From positions 281,903-345,902 of the forward strand of contig CAVYJB010000001.1 in NCBI GenBank assembly GCA_963768835.1: a DNA stretch of 64,000 nucleotides, written 5' to 3'. Positions within the stretch are counted from its first letter, which is position 1, and every line of letters starts with the position of its first letter. Positions 1-8,561 of the stretch are shown here, one piece after another. This stretch comes from an uncultured bacterium (GTDB lineage Bacteria; Patescibacteriota; Minisyncoccia; UBA6257; GWB1-50-10). Both the position numbers and the translations under genes were made by a program. The notes beneath the pieces were generated by a model that saw only the letters and a program-made list of their open reading frames with translations, was not told the origin of the DNA and ran no database searches.

Positions 1-1402
1 TGCCAAGGAACTCAACACGCTCGTCACCAGACTCCCTTTCGAACTCACCGCCTCCCAAGAGCACGCGCTTCAGGAGATACTCCGGGATCTTGCGCGGCCG
101 CACCCCATGAATCGGCTTCTCCAAGGGGATGTGGGCTCCGGCAAGACCATCCTCGCGGCGCTCGCGGCGCGTGCGGTTGCGCGTGCCGGGTGGCAAACCG
201 CGTTCATGGCTCCCACCGAAATTCTCGCCCGCCAGCACTACCGCACCCTTACGCGCCTCTTCCCTGAGTTTGAGAACGGCATCGCGCTCCTCACCTCCAG
301 CGAGGTCCGCGCGCATTATGGGCACGACTTGGAATCCGTGCCTTCCAAATCCTCGCTTGGAACCGCTATCGAGCGCGGGAAGATCGCCATCGCAATCGGC
401 ACGCATGCCTTGATCCAGAAAACGGTGCGATTCGCCCGCCTCGGGTTTGTCGTGGTGGACGAACAACACCGTTTCGGCGTCCGTCAGCGCGACACCCTCC
501 TGCATCACGCCTCGGCGAGACCTGGGACGGGCTCGCACTCCCACCCGCTTCCGCACTTCCTCTCGATGTCCGCGACTCCCATCCCCCGCACGCTCTCGCT
601 CACGCTCTTCGGGGATCTCGACGTCTCCCTCATCACGGAGCTCCCGAAGAACCGGAAACCGATCATCACGAAGGCTGTCGCCTCCGAGAACCGTCCCAAG
701 GCCTACGCCTTCATCCGCGGCCAGATCCACCAGGGGCGGCAGGCATTCGTCATCTGCCCCCGCATTGAGTCGAGCGGGAATCTGGAAGCGACGGAAGCGG
801 ACCTCCGAAAGCTGGAATGGAAATCCGTGGAAGAGGAGTATGAGAAGCTGAAGACGAAAATCTTTCCCGACCTCCGCGTGGCGATGCTGCACGGCCGCAT
901 GAAGCCCGCCGAGAAAGCAAAGATCATGCATGAGTTCGCGGCGGGCGCGCACGACATCCTCGTCGCCACCTCGGTGGTCGAGGTCGGCGTCGACATCCCC
1001 AACGCGGCCATCATGATGATCGAAGGCGCCGAACGCTTCGGGCTCGCCCAGCTCTACCAGTTCCGCGGACGCGTCGGCCGGGGGGCGCACCAGTCCTTCT
1101 GTTTCCTCTTCTCAGACTCCCCGACGCCCGAAACCCATGCGCGCCTCAAGGCCATCGTGGAAGCCCGCAACGGCTTCGAACTCGCGGAACAGGACCTGCG
1201 GCTCCGCGGCCCGGGTGAGTTCCTCGGCGAAATGCAGACGGGCATGCCGGACCTCGCGATGATCGCGCTCCAGAATCCCGCCGTCGTGCGGCGCGCGCGG
1301 GCGGCCGCCGAGCGCGTCCTCGCGAAGGATCCGACGCTCGCGCGGCACCCCCTGCTCCAGGACCGCCTCGCGGCCGCGGCGTCCCGCATCCACCGGGAGT
1401 AG
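1..1402 (+). CDS. recG: ATP-dependent DNA helicase RecG, C-terminal helicase core (5' end outside window)
   Basis: Frame is open from position 2 upstream of the listed Met. Translation reads ...LPFELTASQEHALQEILRDLARPHPMNRLLQGDVGSGKT (Walker A), and later motifs (VVDEQHRFG, GRVGRG) are typical of RecG. Confidence 0.85.
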   Translation, partial: AKELNTLVTRLPFELTASQEHALQEILRDLARPHPMNRLLQGDVGSGKTILAALAARAVARAGWQTAFMAPTEILARQHYRTLTRLFPEFENGIALLTSSEVRAHYGHDLESVPSKSSLGTAIERGKIAIAIGTHALIQKTVRFARLGFVVVDEQHRFGVRQRDTLLHHASARPGTGSHSHPLPHFLSMSATPIPRTLSLTLFGDLDVSLITELPKNRKPIITKAVASENRPKAYAFIRGQIHQGRQAFVICPRIESSGNLEATEADLRKLEWKSVEEEYEKLKTKIFPDLRVAMLHGRMKPAEKAKIMHEFAAGAHDILVATSVVEVGVDIPNAAIMMIEGAERFGLAQLYQFRGRVGRGAHQSFCFLFSDSPTPETHARLKAIVEARNGFELAEQDLRLRGPGEFLGEMQTGMPDLAMIALQNPAVVRRARAAAERVLAKDPTLARHPLLQDRLAAAASRIHRE

Positions 1403-1483
1403 CCCCCGTCGTTCCTTGCAGAGCGCCCCGCCTCACGCTACGATGGCGGTAGTTTCCTTTCATCCATAAACGCGTGAGGCGTT

Positions 1484-2179
1484 ATGACATACCGAACGAT
1501 TCTTTTGGGAGCACTCATAGGGGCGTTGTTCCAACCCCCGTCGTCCGCGGAACCGAAACCGCATACGATCATTCGAAGGAGCTGTTTCGCCGTCGATATC
1601 AACTACCACAGCGTCATTAAATGGTTCGGAGCGAAGATTCTCAACCTGGAACCCGATTCTCTCGTTCTCACCGAAACCGCGATCATAATCGGCGACAGCG
1701 AAGCCGCATGGTCCATGGAGCTCGCCGAGGGGCCGGATGCCCCATGGCTGCGCGTCAACTCGGACACCAGCGCGTCGTCTTTCACCAACCTCCCCCGCGA
1801 CGGCCGCAAGCGATTCCAGCCGGATGCCATCGCGTTCGTGACGAGACTTCGTGGATACCTCGTATGCCAGGACTCCTGCCCTCCTTCGCTCCTCGGCGCC
1901 CTGCATATGGACGCCACTCCGACGCTTGTGGCCTTCATTCCCGGTGAACCGCTCGCGATCCCCGACTCGGAAAAGGCGGAGGTCCGCGGCGGAAAACCCC
2001 GGCACCTCCACGTGGAGACACAAAATGAGACGACCGTCGCCCCCTACATCTCGGGGGAGCTGCTCATCGAGCACTGGAACGGCAACGTAATCTATCCCTT
2101 CGCCAGCGCGCACCTTCACGCGGAAAACATCGACGTGAAACTCTATCTCAGGCGCTTCTCGATCGACTATTGCCCGTAA
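1484..2179 (+). CDS. hypothetical secreted protein (N-terminal signal-peptide-like segment)
   Basis: ATG start at 1484. N-terminus MTYRTILLGALIGALFQPPSSAEP is hydrophobic. The overlapping minus-strand ORF 1460..2206 is Arg-rich and looks like antisense. Confidence 0.5.
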   Translation: MTYRTILLGALIGALFQPPSSAEPKPHTIIRRSCFAVDINYHSVIKWFGAKILNLEPDSLVLTETAIIIGDSEAAWSMELAEGPDAPWLRVNSDTSASSFTNLPRDGRKRFQPDAIAFVTRLRGYLVCQDSCPPSLLGALHMDATPTLVAFIPGEPLAIPDSEKAEVRGGKPRHLHVETQNETTVAPYISGELLIEHWNGNVIYPFASAHLHAENIDVKLYLRRFSIDYCP

Positions 2180-2204
2180 CATAAGAGCGACCTCCCATAA
2201 CCAC

Positions 2205-2226
2205 AAACCCCGCTTCTGCGGGGTTT
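2205..2226. terminator. bidirectional rho-independent terminator between the convergent hypothetical gene and pheT
   Basis: aaaCCCCGCttctGCGGGGttt is a GC stem with A-run and T-run flanks, placed between stop codons at 2179 (+) and 2255 (-). Confidence 0.6.
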
Positions 2227-2254
2227 CTTATATCTCTCTCGCAACCGCGCGGGT

Positions 2255-4261
2255 TCACCGCACCTCCGCGTTGAACTGGCGATCAAGCATGGCCGTGATC
2301 TTCTCGACAAGACGGTCCACCTCGACAGTCGTGAGGGTGCGGTCCTCACGCTGGAAGACGATCCGGAGCGTCACCCCCACCTGGTCCTCCCACCGAGGGT
2401 CGGTGTACTCGTCAATGAGATCCACATCGCTGATGACCCGGAGGTCGAGCGCCTGGATCGCCTGCATCACGTCGCCGATATGCGCCGCCACCGGCACCAT
2501 GACGGAAAGGTCACGCATCACGGAGGGGTATTTTGGGAGGGGCTCATACTCCTCCTCTTCCTCCACGAGTTCGAGAAGCATATCAAGGTCGAACTCCGCG
2601 ACGCTCACCTTCCACCCGCGCGGCGTTACCCTCGGATGCCCCAGGTAACCGAACGAGGTGCCGCCGGATCGGTACTCGAGGAGCGTAGCGGGGTCCAGGA
2701 ACCCGCGGCCCGCACTCTCGAGCCGCCCCGTCTTCCCCTTGCCATTCGCCGGTGCCGTCGCGAACTCAACGAGCCCGAGCCCTTCCAGAAGCTCTTCCGC
2801 GATACCCTTGAGCTCGAAGAATGCTTCCGTTCCCTTCGAGGCCCGCACGATGCCGATTTTCGCGTGCTCGCCGATGCCTTTGGGGGTCTTGTTCATCACC
2901 TTTCCGACCTCGAAGAGCCGCAGGTCGTCGAGGAACTTGGCGTTGTGCGCGACGCTCCCTAAGAGATTCGGGACGAGGGAAGGGCGGAGATAGAAAAATT
3001 CCTCGCTCACGGGGTTCTCGAGTTCCACGCAGTCCCCCACGACTCCCGCGCCCACCGTTTTCGAAATGAAGGAGCTGTTGTAAACCTCGTCCATCCCGAG
3101 CGACGCGAGGATGCCCCGCGCTTTCTCCCGGAAAACGATCGTCTCGTCCTGCACGCCGGGGTTGAGATAGACATGGGGAGGGTGGGCCGCAAGCCTCCCG
3201 TATCCGTAGAGCCGCACGACCTCTTCCGCAAGGTCGGCGTGCGTCTCGATATCGATGCGCCACGGCGGCACTTCCCATGCATTGGGGCCTGCGCTCCGGA
3301 ACCCTAATCGCGCAAGGAGCGCGCCCGCTTCGGCCCGTCCGAGCGACGAACCAATAAGGCGGTTGAAATTGTTCACGTCGAACTTCAGCACGCGGCGCGG
3401 GGCGGGACGTGTCCGGGAATCGAACCACGCAATGGGCTTGGCGCCCGACTCCACGAGCAGACGGGCGGCGCGCATAAGCCCGAGACCCGCGAGGTGGGGC
3501 GCAAGGGTATGGGCGAAGCGAACCGACGCGTCGGTGACAAGACCTAGAGCGCGGGAGGTACGGTAGACGGAGATAGGATCGAAGTTTGCGGACTCCACAA
3601 TGATACGCTTCGTCGTCGGGCCAATCTCGGCGCTCTTCCCTCCTTTCACGCCCGCGATAGCCACCGGCTTCACTCGGTCCGCGATGACGAGTATTTCAGG
3701 CGAGAGCGCATACGTCGCCCCGTCGATCGTGACGATGGATTCCCCGGCCTTCGCGCGACGTACCACGAGGCGCCCTCCGTCGAGCTTGTCGGCGTCGAAC
3801 GCATGGAGGGGCTGGCCCATCTCAAGCATCGCATAGTTCATGACGTCCACCACGAAATTGATGGGCCGGAGCCCGCATTCCCGGAGCGCCGCCTGCATCC
3901 ACTTCGGGGAAGGCCGCGGAGAAACGCCTTCGAGCAGGAGGGCAGTGTATCGCGGGCAGAGTCGTTCCTCTTCCACCTTCACAATGAGGCCCGCGCCGGG
4001 ACGAGCAGATCGCGGAGGGGGTGTCAGGAGCGCGCGCTTCTCATCGAAGGACACAGGGCAACTCAAGATAGCCCCGATCTCACGCGCAAGTCCCAGATGT
4101 GAACCGGCGTCGGAATAGCGATTGGGGGGGAGCTTCACTTCAAGAGCGTCACCTGGGGCATTTTCTGCCTCGAAGGCGTGCAGGGTCAGAGCCTCAAGGA
4201 CCTGGGGTTTGCCCTTGAGCTTGGGAACGAAGGTTTTGAGGAGGGAGTAAGAAAATCTCAT
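2255..4261 (-). CDS. pheT: phenylalanine--tRNA ligase beta subunit (short form, 668 aa)
   Basis: Translation has PheT-like B3/4 and catalytic-like domains and the C-terminal FDX-like ending ...FNAEVR. It sits immediately downstream of pheS on the same strand. Confidence 0.85.
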   Translation of the reverse strand: MRFSYSLLKTFVPKLKGKPQVLEALTLHAFEAENAPGDALEVKLPPNRYSDAGSHLGLAREIGAILSCPVSFDEKRALLTPPPRSARPGAGLIVKVEEERLCPRYTALLLEGVSPRPSPKWMQAALRECGLRPINFVVDVMNYAMLEMGQPLHAFDADKLDGGRLVVRRAKAGESIVTIDGATYALSPEILVIADRVKPVAIAGVKGGKSAEIGPTTKRIIVESANFDPISVYRTSRALGLVTDASVRFAHTLAPHLAGLGLMRAARLLVESGAKPIAWFDSRTRPAPRRVLKFDVNNFNRLIGSSLGRAEAGALLARLGFRSAGPNAWEVPPWRIDIETHADLAEEVVRLYGYGRLAAHPPHVYLNPGVQDETIVFREKARGILASLGMDEVYNSSFISKTVGAGVVGDCVELENPVSEEFFYLRPSLVPNLLGSVAHNAKFLDDLRLFEVGKVMNKTPKGIGEHAKIGIVRASKGTEAFFELKGIAEELLEGLGLVEFATAPANGKGKTGRLESAGRGFLDPATLLEYRSGGTSFGYLGHPRVTPRGWKVSVAEFDLDMLLELVEEEEEYEPLPKYPSVMRDLSVMVPVAAHIGDVMQAIQALDLRVISDVDLIDEYTDPRWEDQVGVTLRIVFQREDRTLTTVEVDRLVEKITAMLDRQFNAEVR

Positions 4262-4265
4262 GGTG

Positions 4266-5258
4266 TTAGAACTGCCGCACGAACCGGACGTCGCCCGAGT
4301 AGAAAAGGCGGATATCGGGCACGTGGTATTTGATCATCGCCAGACGGTCCAGCCCCACGCCAAACGCAAACCCTTGCATCGTTTCGGGGTTGTAGCGCAC
4401 CGCGTCGAAAACGTTCCGGTGCACCATCCCCGCCCCCATGACCTCAAGCCACCGATCTCCCTTGAAGCGGATGTCCACTTCGACACCCGGCTCCACGAAC
4501 GGGAAGTAGCTCGGTCGGAAGCGGAACTCCACGTTGTTCCCCAAGAGGCGGCGGAGAAACTCCTCTACGACGAACTTCAGGTTGGAGAGGGACACGTCAG
4601 GACCGACCATCAGCCCTTCTACCTGGTAAAAGTTAATCTCATGGGAGGCGTCCGTCGGCTCGTACCGGAAAACGCGTCCGGGGACAATGATCTGAAATGG
4701 CGGGTTGTGGGAAAGCATGTACCGGATCTGCATGGGCGAGGTATGCGTGCGGAGAAGCAGCTTGGGATCCCCGCGCTTGGTCCCGTTCCCTTTGATCCAG
4801 AAAGTATCCCAGAGATCCCGCGCTGGATGGTCCGGCGGGATGTTTAACGCATCGAAGTTGTGATACTCCGTCTCGACTTCGGGCCCCTCGACGACGGAGA
4901 AGTTCATCGAGGCAAAGATGCGCCGCACTTCAGCGTCTATCCGCGTGAGAGGATGCAGGTGCCCACGCGCCGCGCGCTTCCCGGGTTTCGTGACATCGAA
5001 CTGCCGTTCGGTGGGAGCCTTCTCCAACGCTCCCCGACGAGCCTTAAGAGCTCCTTCAAGCTTCCCTTTGAGAGCGTTTGCCGCCGGACCGAGTTTTTTG
5101 CGCTCCGCGAGCGGCCGGTTTTTCAAGGACCGCAGGACCTCCGTGAGCTTCCCGTGTTCGCGGCCGAGATACTCCACGCGCACCGCTTCAAGCGCGGCGA
5201 CATCCTTCGCTTTCGCGATGCTCTCGAGAGCCTGATGTTCTAGTTTTCCCAGGTCCAT
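4266..5258 (-). CDS. pheS: phenylalanine--tRNA ligase alpha subunit
   Basis: Class II aaRS motifs are present (FRYEPTDASHEINFYQVEG, GAGMVHRNV). Start is assigned to MDLGKLEH with GGAGGTG 5 nt upstream (cat at 5256-5258); the listed ORF extends further upstream without support. Confidence 0.85.
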   Translation of the reverse strand: MDLGKLEHQALESIAKAKDVAALEAVRVEYLGREHGKLTEVLRSLKNRPLAERKKLGPAANALKGKLEGALKARRGALEKAPTERQFDVTKPGKRAARGHLHPLTRIDAEVRRIFASMNFSVVEGPEVETEYHNFDALNIPPDHPARDLWDTFWIKGNGTKRGDPKLLLRTHTSPMQIRYMLSHNPPFQIIVPGRVFRYEPTDASHEINFYQVEGLMVGPDVSLSNLKFVVEEFLRRLLGNNVEFRFRPSYFPFVEPGVEVDIRFKGDRWLEVMGAGMVHRNVFDAVRYNPETMQGFAFGVGLDRLAMIKYHVPDIRLFYSGDVRFVRQF

Positions 5259-5337
5259 AGCACCTCCATTATATATCCGACATCCGCGATGTGGAAAGCA
5301 TAATTGAATTTTAGGGGCGGACGGTGTAGGATGGCTC

Positions 5338-5412
5338 CGCGGGGAGGAGTAACGGTTGCTCGTCAGGCTCATAACCTGAAGGTAGTGGGTTCAATTCCCG
5401 CCCCCGCAACCA
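5338..5412 (+). tRNA. tRNA-Met (CAT), initiator-like with a C1:A72 mismatch; 3' CCA encoded
   Basis: Cloverleaf CGCGGGG/AG/GAGT-AACGGTT-GCTC/G/TCAGG-CTCATAA-CCTGA/AGGTA/GTGGG-TTCAATT-CCCGC/CCCCGCA/A/CCA. Unpaired 1:72 is the bacterial initiator hallmark, but the anticodon stem lacks the three consecutive GC pairs. Confidence 0.8.
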
Positions 5413-5525
5413 TGGAAAGCGGCTTCGCCACCTCATGCCAAGCCATCCAGCCTGTTATCGTCTAACGTACGGCTGCATAGAAAGCGGCTTGCGCACGATT
5501 TCAACTTCGTGTCTAATAAAACCAC

Positions 5526-5598
5526 GCCGGCGTAGCTCAGCGGTTAGAGCGAGGCATTCATAACGCCTAGGTCGGAGGTTCGACTCCTCCCGTCGGCA
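5526..5598 (+). tRNA. tRNA with CAT anticodon (elongator Met or lysidine-modified Ile2)
   Basis: GCCGGCG acceptor pairs with CGTCGGC. D-arm is GCTC-AGCGGTTA-GAGC. Anticodon loop TTCATAA; T-arm GGAGG-TTCGACT-CCTCC; discriminator A. Confidence 0.75.
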
Positions 5599-5645
5599 CT
5601 GTTCGTACACGTTCTTTCACACACACCAACCATAAGGAGGTTGCT

Positions 5646-6206
5646 ATGAAAACATCGGATACGGCTGTGCAATCAGTAACGGTCATACCGCAGTCATCTA
5701 CAGAAGCCGCTGCGCATCTTATAAAAATCGCTGCGGAGCGACGCGCCCTCGACGAGGTCAACGGGCGCCTCAACCGGAAGGTGGAGGAGCTCAAAGCGGA
5801 TGCAATGACGGAAGCGAAACCACACCAGGAAGAACTCATCCGATTGATTTACGGCCTCTACGAGTACGCAAAGAAAAACCGCGAAATCCTCACCGAGGGC
5901 GGGAAAACGAAAACCGTCGAGCTGCCAACGGGCAGCTTCGGGTGGCGCTTCAACCCCCCATCTGTCAGCGTCCGCAAAGTAAAAGAGGTTATTAAATACC
6001 TGAGGAGCAAACGCCTGACACGCTTCATACGAGTCAAGGAAGAGGTCGACAAGAAGGCGCTTGGCAAGTCGCCCAAGACAGCCCTCACCATCAAGGGAGT
6101 GACGATCAAACAGGAGGAGGTCTTCGTTGTAACACCGAACGAGCTCAGGGCGGAAATCCCCATGCGGATCGTGGCTCTGGAAAAACTCGAGAAGAAACGG
6201 GCATAG
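5646..6206 (+). CDS. phage Mu Gam-like DNA-end-binding (host-nuclease inhibitor) family protein
   Basis: AGGAGG sits 6 nt upstream of ATG. The coiled-coil N-terminus and the block EILTEGGKTKTVELPTGSFGWRFNPPSVSVRKVKEVIKYLRSKRLTRFIRVKEEVDKKAL align, from memory, with Mu Gam (ELTNGGKVKTANLVTGDVSWRVRPPSVSIRGMDAVMETLERLGLQRFIRTKQEINKEAI). Confidence 0.7.
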   Translation: MKTSDTAVQSVTVIPQSSTEAAAHLIKIAAERRALDEVNGRLNRKVEELKADAMTEAKPHQEELIRLIYGLYEYAKKNREILTEGGKTKTVELPTGSFGWRFNPPSVSVRKVKEVIKYLRSKRLTRFIRVKEEVDKKALGKSPKTALTIKGVTIKQEEVFVVTPNELRAEIPMRIVALEKLEKKRA

Positions 6207-6239
6207 CTACCATCGGAGATTCCTATCGAGAATCTCTAT

Positions 6240-6265
6240 AATCCCCTTCGGGGGATTTTTGTTTA
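6240..6265 (+). terminator. rho-independent terminator after the Gam-like gene
   Basis: ATCCCCttcgGGGGAT followed by tttttgttt. Confidence 0.55.
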
Positions 6266-6747
6266 TATCGACAATCGCCCGAGCCTTGGATACCATTATG
6301 GGAATGACGGAAAGCCAACAGAAACAAATTATCTCGCTTGCCCGCTCGCTTATCGGGAAGCCCTACAAGTACGGCGCGACGCCGGAGGAGGCCCCAGATG
6401 TATTTGATTGCTCGTCCTTCATACAGTACATCTTCAAACAGATCGGGGTTCAGATCCCCCGCGTGAGCACCTTCCAGGCGGCGGACCCGCAGGGAACTGA
6501 AATCATTCCTTCGGAGGACCTGTCGAACCTGCAGCCGGGTGATCCTATCTTCACCCGCGGCACCATCGGGAGATACAACGACGAGTTATTCGGGGGAGAA
6601 AGATAGACATTGGCCACGTCGCGATGATCTCTGGAAACGGGAATGTGTTGCACTCGCGGCATCGATTGGGGGGCGTTACGGAACAAAAAATAGCCGAGCT
6701 CACCTCGGAACCGAACTATAAGATCGTGCTGGTGAAACGTTTCTAAT
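6259..6747 (+). pseudogene. NlpC/P60 (C40) cell-wall peptidase, interrupted by a frameshift in a G5 run near 6592-6596
   Basis: N-part (frame 1) contains GKPYKYGATPEEAPDVFDCSSFIQYIF with the catalytic Cys context. The C-part IDIGHVAMISGNGNVLHSRH (catalytic His context) continues in another frame from ~6600 to the TAA at 6745-6747. Inserting one G in cgggggag restores a single 162-aa ORF. The listed start at 6259 is a TTG; the ATG at 6298 is an alternative. Confidence 0.6.
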
Positions 6748-7282
6748 GCAGCGCGGTGTCCCCCACTACTCACAGTTTCTCGACGTCAAAAATAAACTTT
6801 GGCAGCCGCTCTCCTGCGGAATCGTGTCACTGAAAATAGTGCTCGATTACTGGCACCAGTCCGGGCGCCTGCGACGCGTGCCCCCGTCTATACCGGCACT
6901 GAATCGTCTCGGGCACGAGATGGAGGCTTACGTATGGAACCGTGGTTGGTCGCACCGTGGTTTAGTACTCCTTGCGCGCCGTTTCGGGCTCCACGGTGAG
7001 AATTTAGACTGGGCTTCGCTTCCCTCTCATGCCGCGTTCCGAAAACTCCTTCCGCTCCTCCGCCGCGGGCCAGTCATCGCATCGATCTATCGTTACCCTA
7101 GAGAGAAACGGGGCGGGCATCTTGTCGTGGTGACCGAGGTCGAAGCGGGGAAGGTGTATCTTCTTGACCCGATCGCAAAGACCCGCAGTCGTATCCCCCG
7201 CATTATTACACGCAAGGCGTTCCTCGAAGCATGGAAACGCCGCATTGTTGTGGTGCGGCCACGTTTGCGAAAACGACGGTAG
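6746..7282 (+). CDS. peptidase C39-like (papain-like) domain protein
   Basis: QPLSCGIVSLKIVLDYWHQSG (Cys motif) and GHLVVVTEVEAGKVYLLDP (His motif) fit the C39-like fold. The ATG overlaps the TAA of the upstream NlpC/P60 reading frame (taATGcag). Confidence 0.55.
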   Translation: MQRGVPHYSQFLDVKNKLWQPLSCGIVSLKIVLDYWHQSGRLRRVPPSIPALNRLGHEMEAYVWNRGWSHRGLVLLARRFGLHGENLDWASLPSHAAFRKLLPLLRRGPVIASIYRYPREKRGGHLVVVTEVEAGKVYLLDPIAKTRSRIPRIITRKAFLEAWKRRIVVVRPRLRKRR

Positions 7283-7304
7283 GTTGATACACTAAAAGTC
7301 GCGT

Positions 7305-7380
7305 GCGGGCGTAGCTCAGCCCGGTTTAGAGCGTCCCCCTGTCACGGGGAAGGCCGTGGGTTCAAATCCCATCGCCCGCG
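7305..7380 (+). tRNA. tRNA-Asp (GTC)
   Basis: GCGGGCG/TA/GCTC-AGCCCGGTTTA-GAGC/G/TCCCC-CTGTCAC-GGGGA/AGGCC/GTGGG-TTCAAAT-CCCAT/CGCCCGC/G. Confidence 0.85.
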
Positions 7381-7388
7381 CAAACCCA

Positions 7389-7419
7389 GAAACCCTGATG
7401 TCGTCAGGGTTTCTTTTTA
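7389..7419 (+). terminator. rho-independent terminator downstream of tRNA-Asp
   Basis: AACCCTGAtgtcgTCAGGGTT followed by tcttttt; the palindromic stem is perfect. Confidence 0.65.
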
Positions 7420-7524
7420 CACCCTTGTGAGACGTTGGAACTGGTCGTTATTAAAGATTCCTACTCTCCGGAAGAAAAAGACCCCGTTCATATCGAACGG
7501 GGTCAACATCAAGAACCAAAGAGG

Positions 7525-8208
7525 TCAGCTGCGGGAGAACACGCAAGAGCCATCGTCCCACCTGTCGTCATCCAGGCCGATCGCATTCAGGTCCCACACG
7601 CGGAAACCAGAGCCCCAGCGCACGCGCACCGCAACCACGCGCGAATCTTCCAGTCGAATATAGAAGATGTTGGCGTAGCCGTTCGTGAGGAGGATTCCAT
7701 CCTCACCGTTCGGTTGCCTAGTGAGCAGATCACGAATAATCACAGCGAACTCTCCTGCGGTAAAGGGTCTCGGTTGCCCGAGCTCGTTCAGGATGGCCGA
7801 GTCATACATATACTCGGTGAGCTGGGTCTTCATAAGATTGCCCTGAAACGCCTCAATGGTTTCAGGTATTTCCTTGAGCACCCAGTCTGCGAAGCTGTCC
7901 CCGAAGTAGAGCTTCACGGGACCGGTCTTCATGAAGAAGGAGTGTTTGGGAAAAGGCGCGTTGGCCACCCTGAACGCGGCGATGAGCTGCCTCAGGGATT
8001 TCAGAGCGAGGCCCTTCGCTCCATTCGTTCCGGCTACGATGAGTCCGGCAATCATTCCCGCCATCTGGGGAATCAGGTTATTCTTCGACTTCAATGCGTC
8101 GAAGATTTGCTCCTCCGTCACATTCTGCTTCTTCAGTTCCTTGAAGAGCGCGGAGAAGAAGTCCACCACGAACATCAGGGCTTGCATCACCAGCGATTTG
8201 CGTGCCAT
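7525..8208 (-). CDS. hypothetical protein (228 aa from MARKSLV...), cargo gene bracketed by the duplicated tRNA-Asp 3' flank
   Basis: ATG (cat 8206-8208) is preceded by GGAGGTG. No motif was recognised by eye. The overlapping plus-strand ORF 7435..8445 is rejected as antisense. Confidence 0.5.
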   Translation of the reverse strand: MARKSLVMQALMFVVDFFSALFKELKKQNVTEEQIFDALKSKNNLIPQMAGMIAGLIVAGTNGAKGLALKSLRQLIAAFRVANAPFPKHSFFMKTGPVKLYFGDSFADWVLKEIPETIEAFQGNLMKTQLTEYMYDSAILNELGQPRPFTAGEFAVIIRDLLTRQPNGEDGILLTNGYANIFYIRLEDSRVVAVRVRWGSGFRVWDLNAIGLDDDRWDDGSCVFSRS

Positions 8209-8291
8209 ATGGCACCTCCAGTATTGTGGTTTTCCATCACTCCGTCGTTTGGTCGGGAGCATCGGAAAAACCATTGGGAAAGAACGACATC

Positions 8292-8320
8292 GTTATACTA
8301 TGACAATTTGTACATGTCAA
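8292..8320 (-). promoter_or_regulatory. sigma70-like promoter (TTGACA-17 nt-TATAAC) reading toward the 7525..8208 gene
   Basis: Minus strand reads TTGACAtgtacaaattgtcatagTATAAC. The -35 is consensus and the spacing is 17 nt. The -10 ends about 84 nt upstream of the ATG. Confidence 0.45.
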
Positions 8321-8350
8321 GCATATCCTCACTACTACCTCTAGTGTACC

Positions 8351-8395
8351 AGCTTCGCCACAAAAATCGGCTCCTTCTGCTCCGCAGTAGAGAGC
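8351..8395 (+). repeat. partial copy (5' half) of the ~75-bp intergenic direct-repeat family
   Basis: CCAGCTTCGCCACAAAAATCGGCTCCTTCTGCTCCGCAG shares CTTCGCCACAAAAA...CCTTCTGC with the three full copies. Confidence 0.5.
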
Positions 8396-8454
8396 ACCTA
8401 AGAATTCAGTTTGAAAGGAGCCTCGGCGCAATTAGGACGATTTAGATATATATC

Positions 8455-8527
8455 CAACTTCGCCACAAAAACAGACCCCCCGTACCCCCGTATCGCAGTT
8501 CCAATAGCGTCCACGAGGGCGCGCAAA
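8455..8527 (+). repeat. ~75-bp intergenic direct repeat, copy B, fused to a second copy of the tRNA-Asp 3' flank/terminator (8513..8590)
   Basis: CAACTTCGCCACAAAAACAGACCCCCCGTACCCCCGTATCGCAGTTCCAATAGCGTCCACGAGGGCGCGCAAACC. The GTTCCAATAGCGTCCACGAGGGCGCGCA core is identical in copies C and D. Confidence 0.7.
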
Positions 8528-8532
8528 CCTAG

Positions 8533-8561
8533 AAACCCTGATACCATCGGGGTTTCTTTTT
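8533..8561 (+). terminator. degenerate second copy of the tRNA-Asp-flank terminator
   Basis: AGAAACCCTGATACCATCGGGGTTTCTTTTTGCACCC versus AGAAACCCTGATGTCGTCAGGGTTTCTTTTTACACCC at 7384..7420. The stem is weakened by substitutions. Confidence 0.45.

Noticed and set aside
1460-2206. 248-aa minus-strand ORF overlapping the 1484..2179 plus-strand gene
   Set aside because: It is Arg-rich with no hydrophobic core pattern. The plus-strand frame has a signal peptide and an ATG with a plausible context.
7435-8445. 336-aa plus-strand ORF spanning the cargo gene between the duplicated tRNA-Asp flanks
   Set aside because: It runs across the terminator and promoter elements and the repeat. The minus-strand gene has a consensus promoter and RBS.
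8455-8527. The 75-bp repeat core (GTATCGCAGTTCCAATAGCGTCCACGAGGGCGCGCA) as a tRNA 3' fragment
   Set aside because: I tried to fold it as T-arm plus acceptor. TTCCAAT could be a T-loop, but no 5-bp T-stem or acceptor complement works on either strand, so it is treated as a repeat of unknown origin rather than a tRNA remnant.
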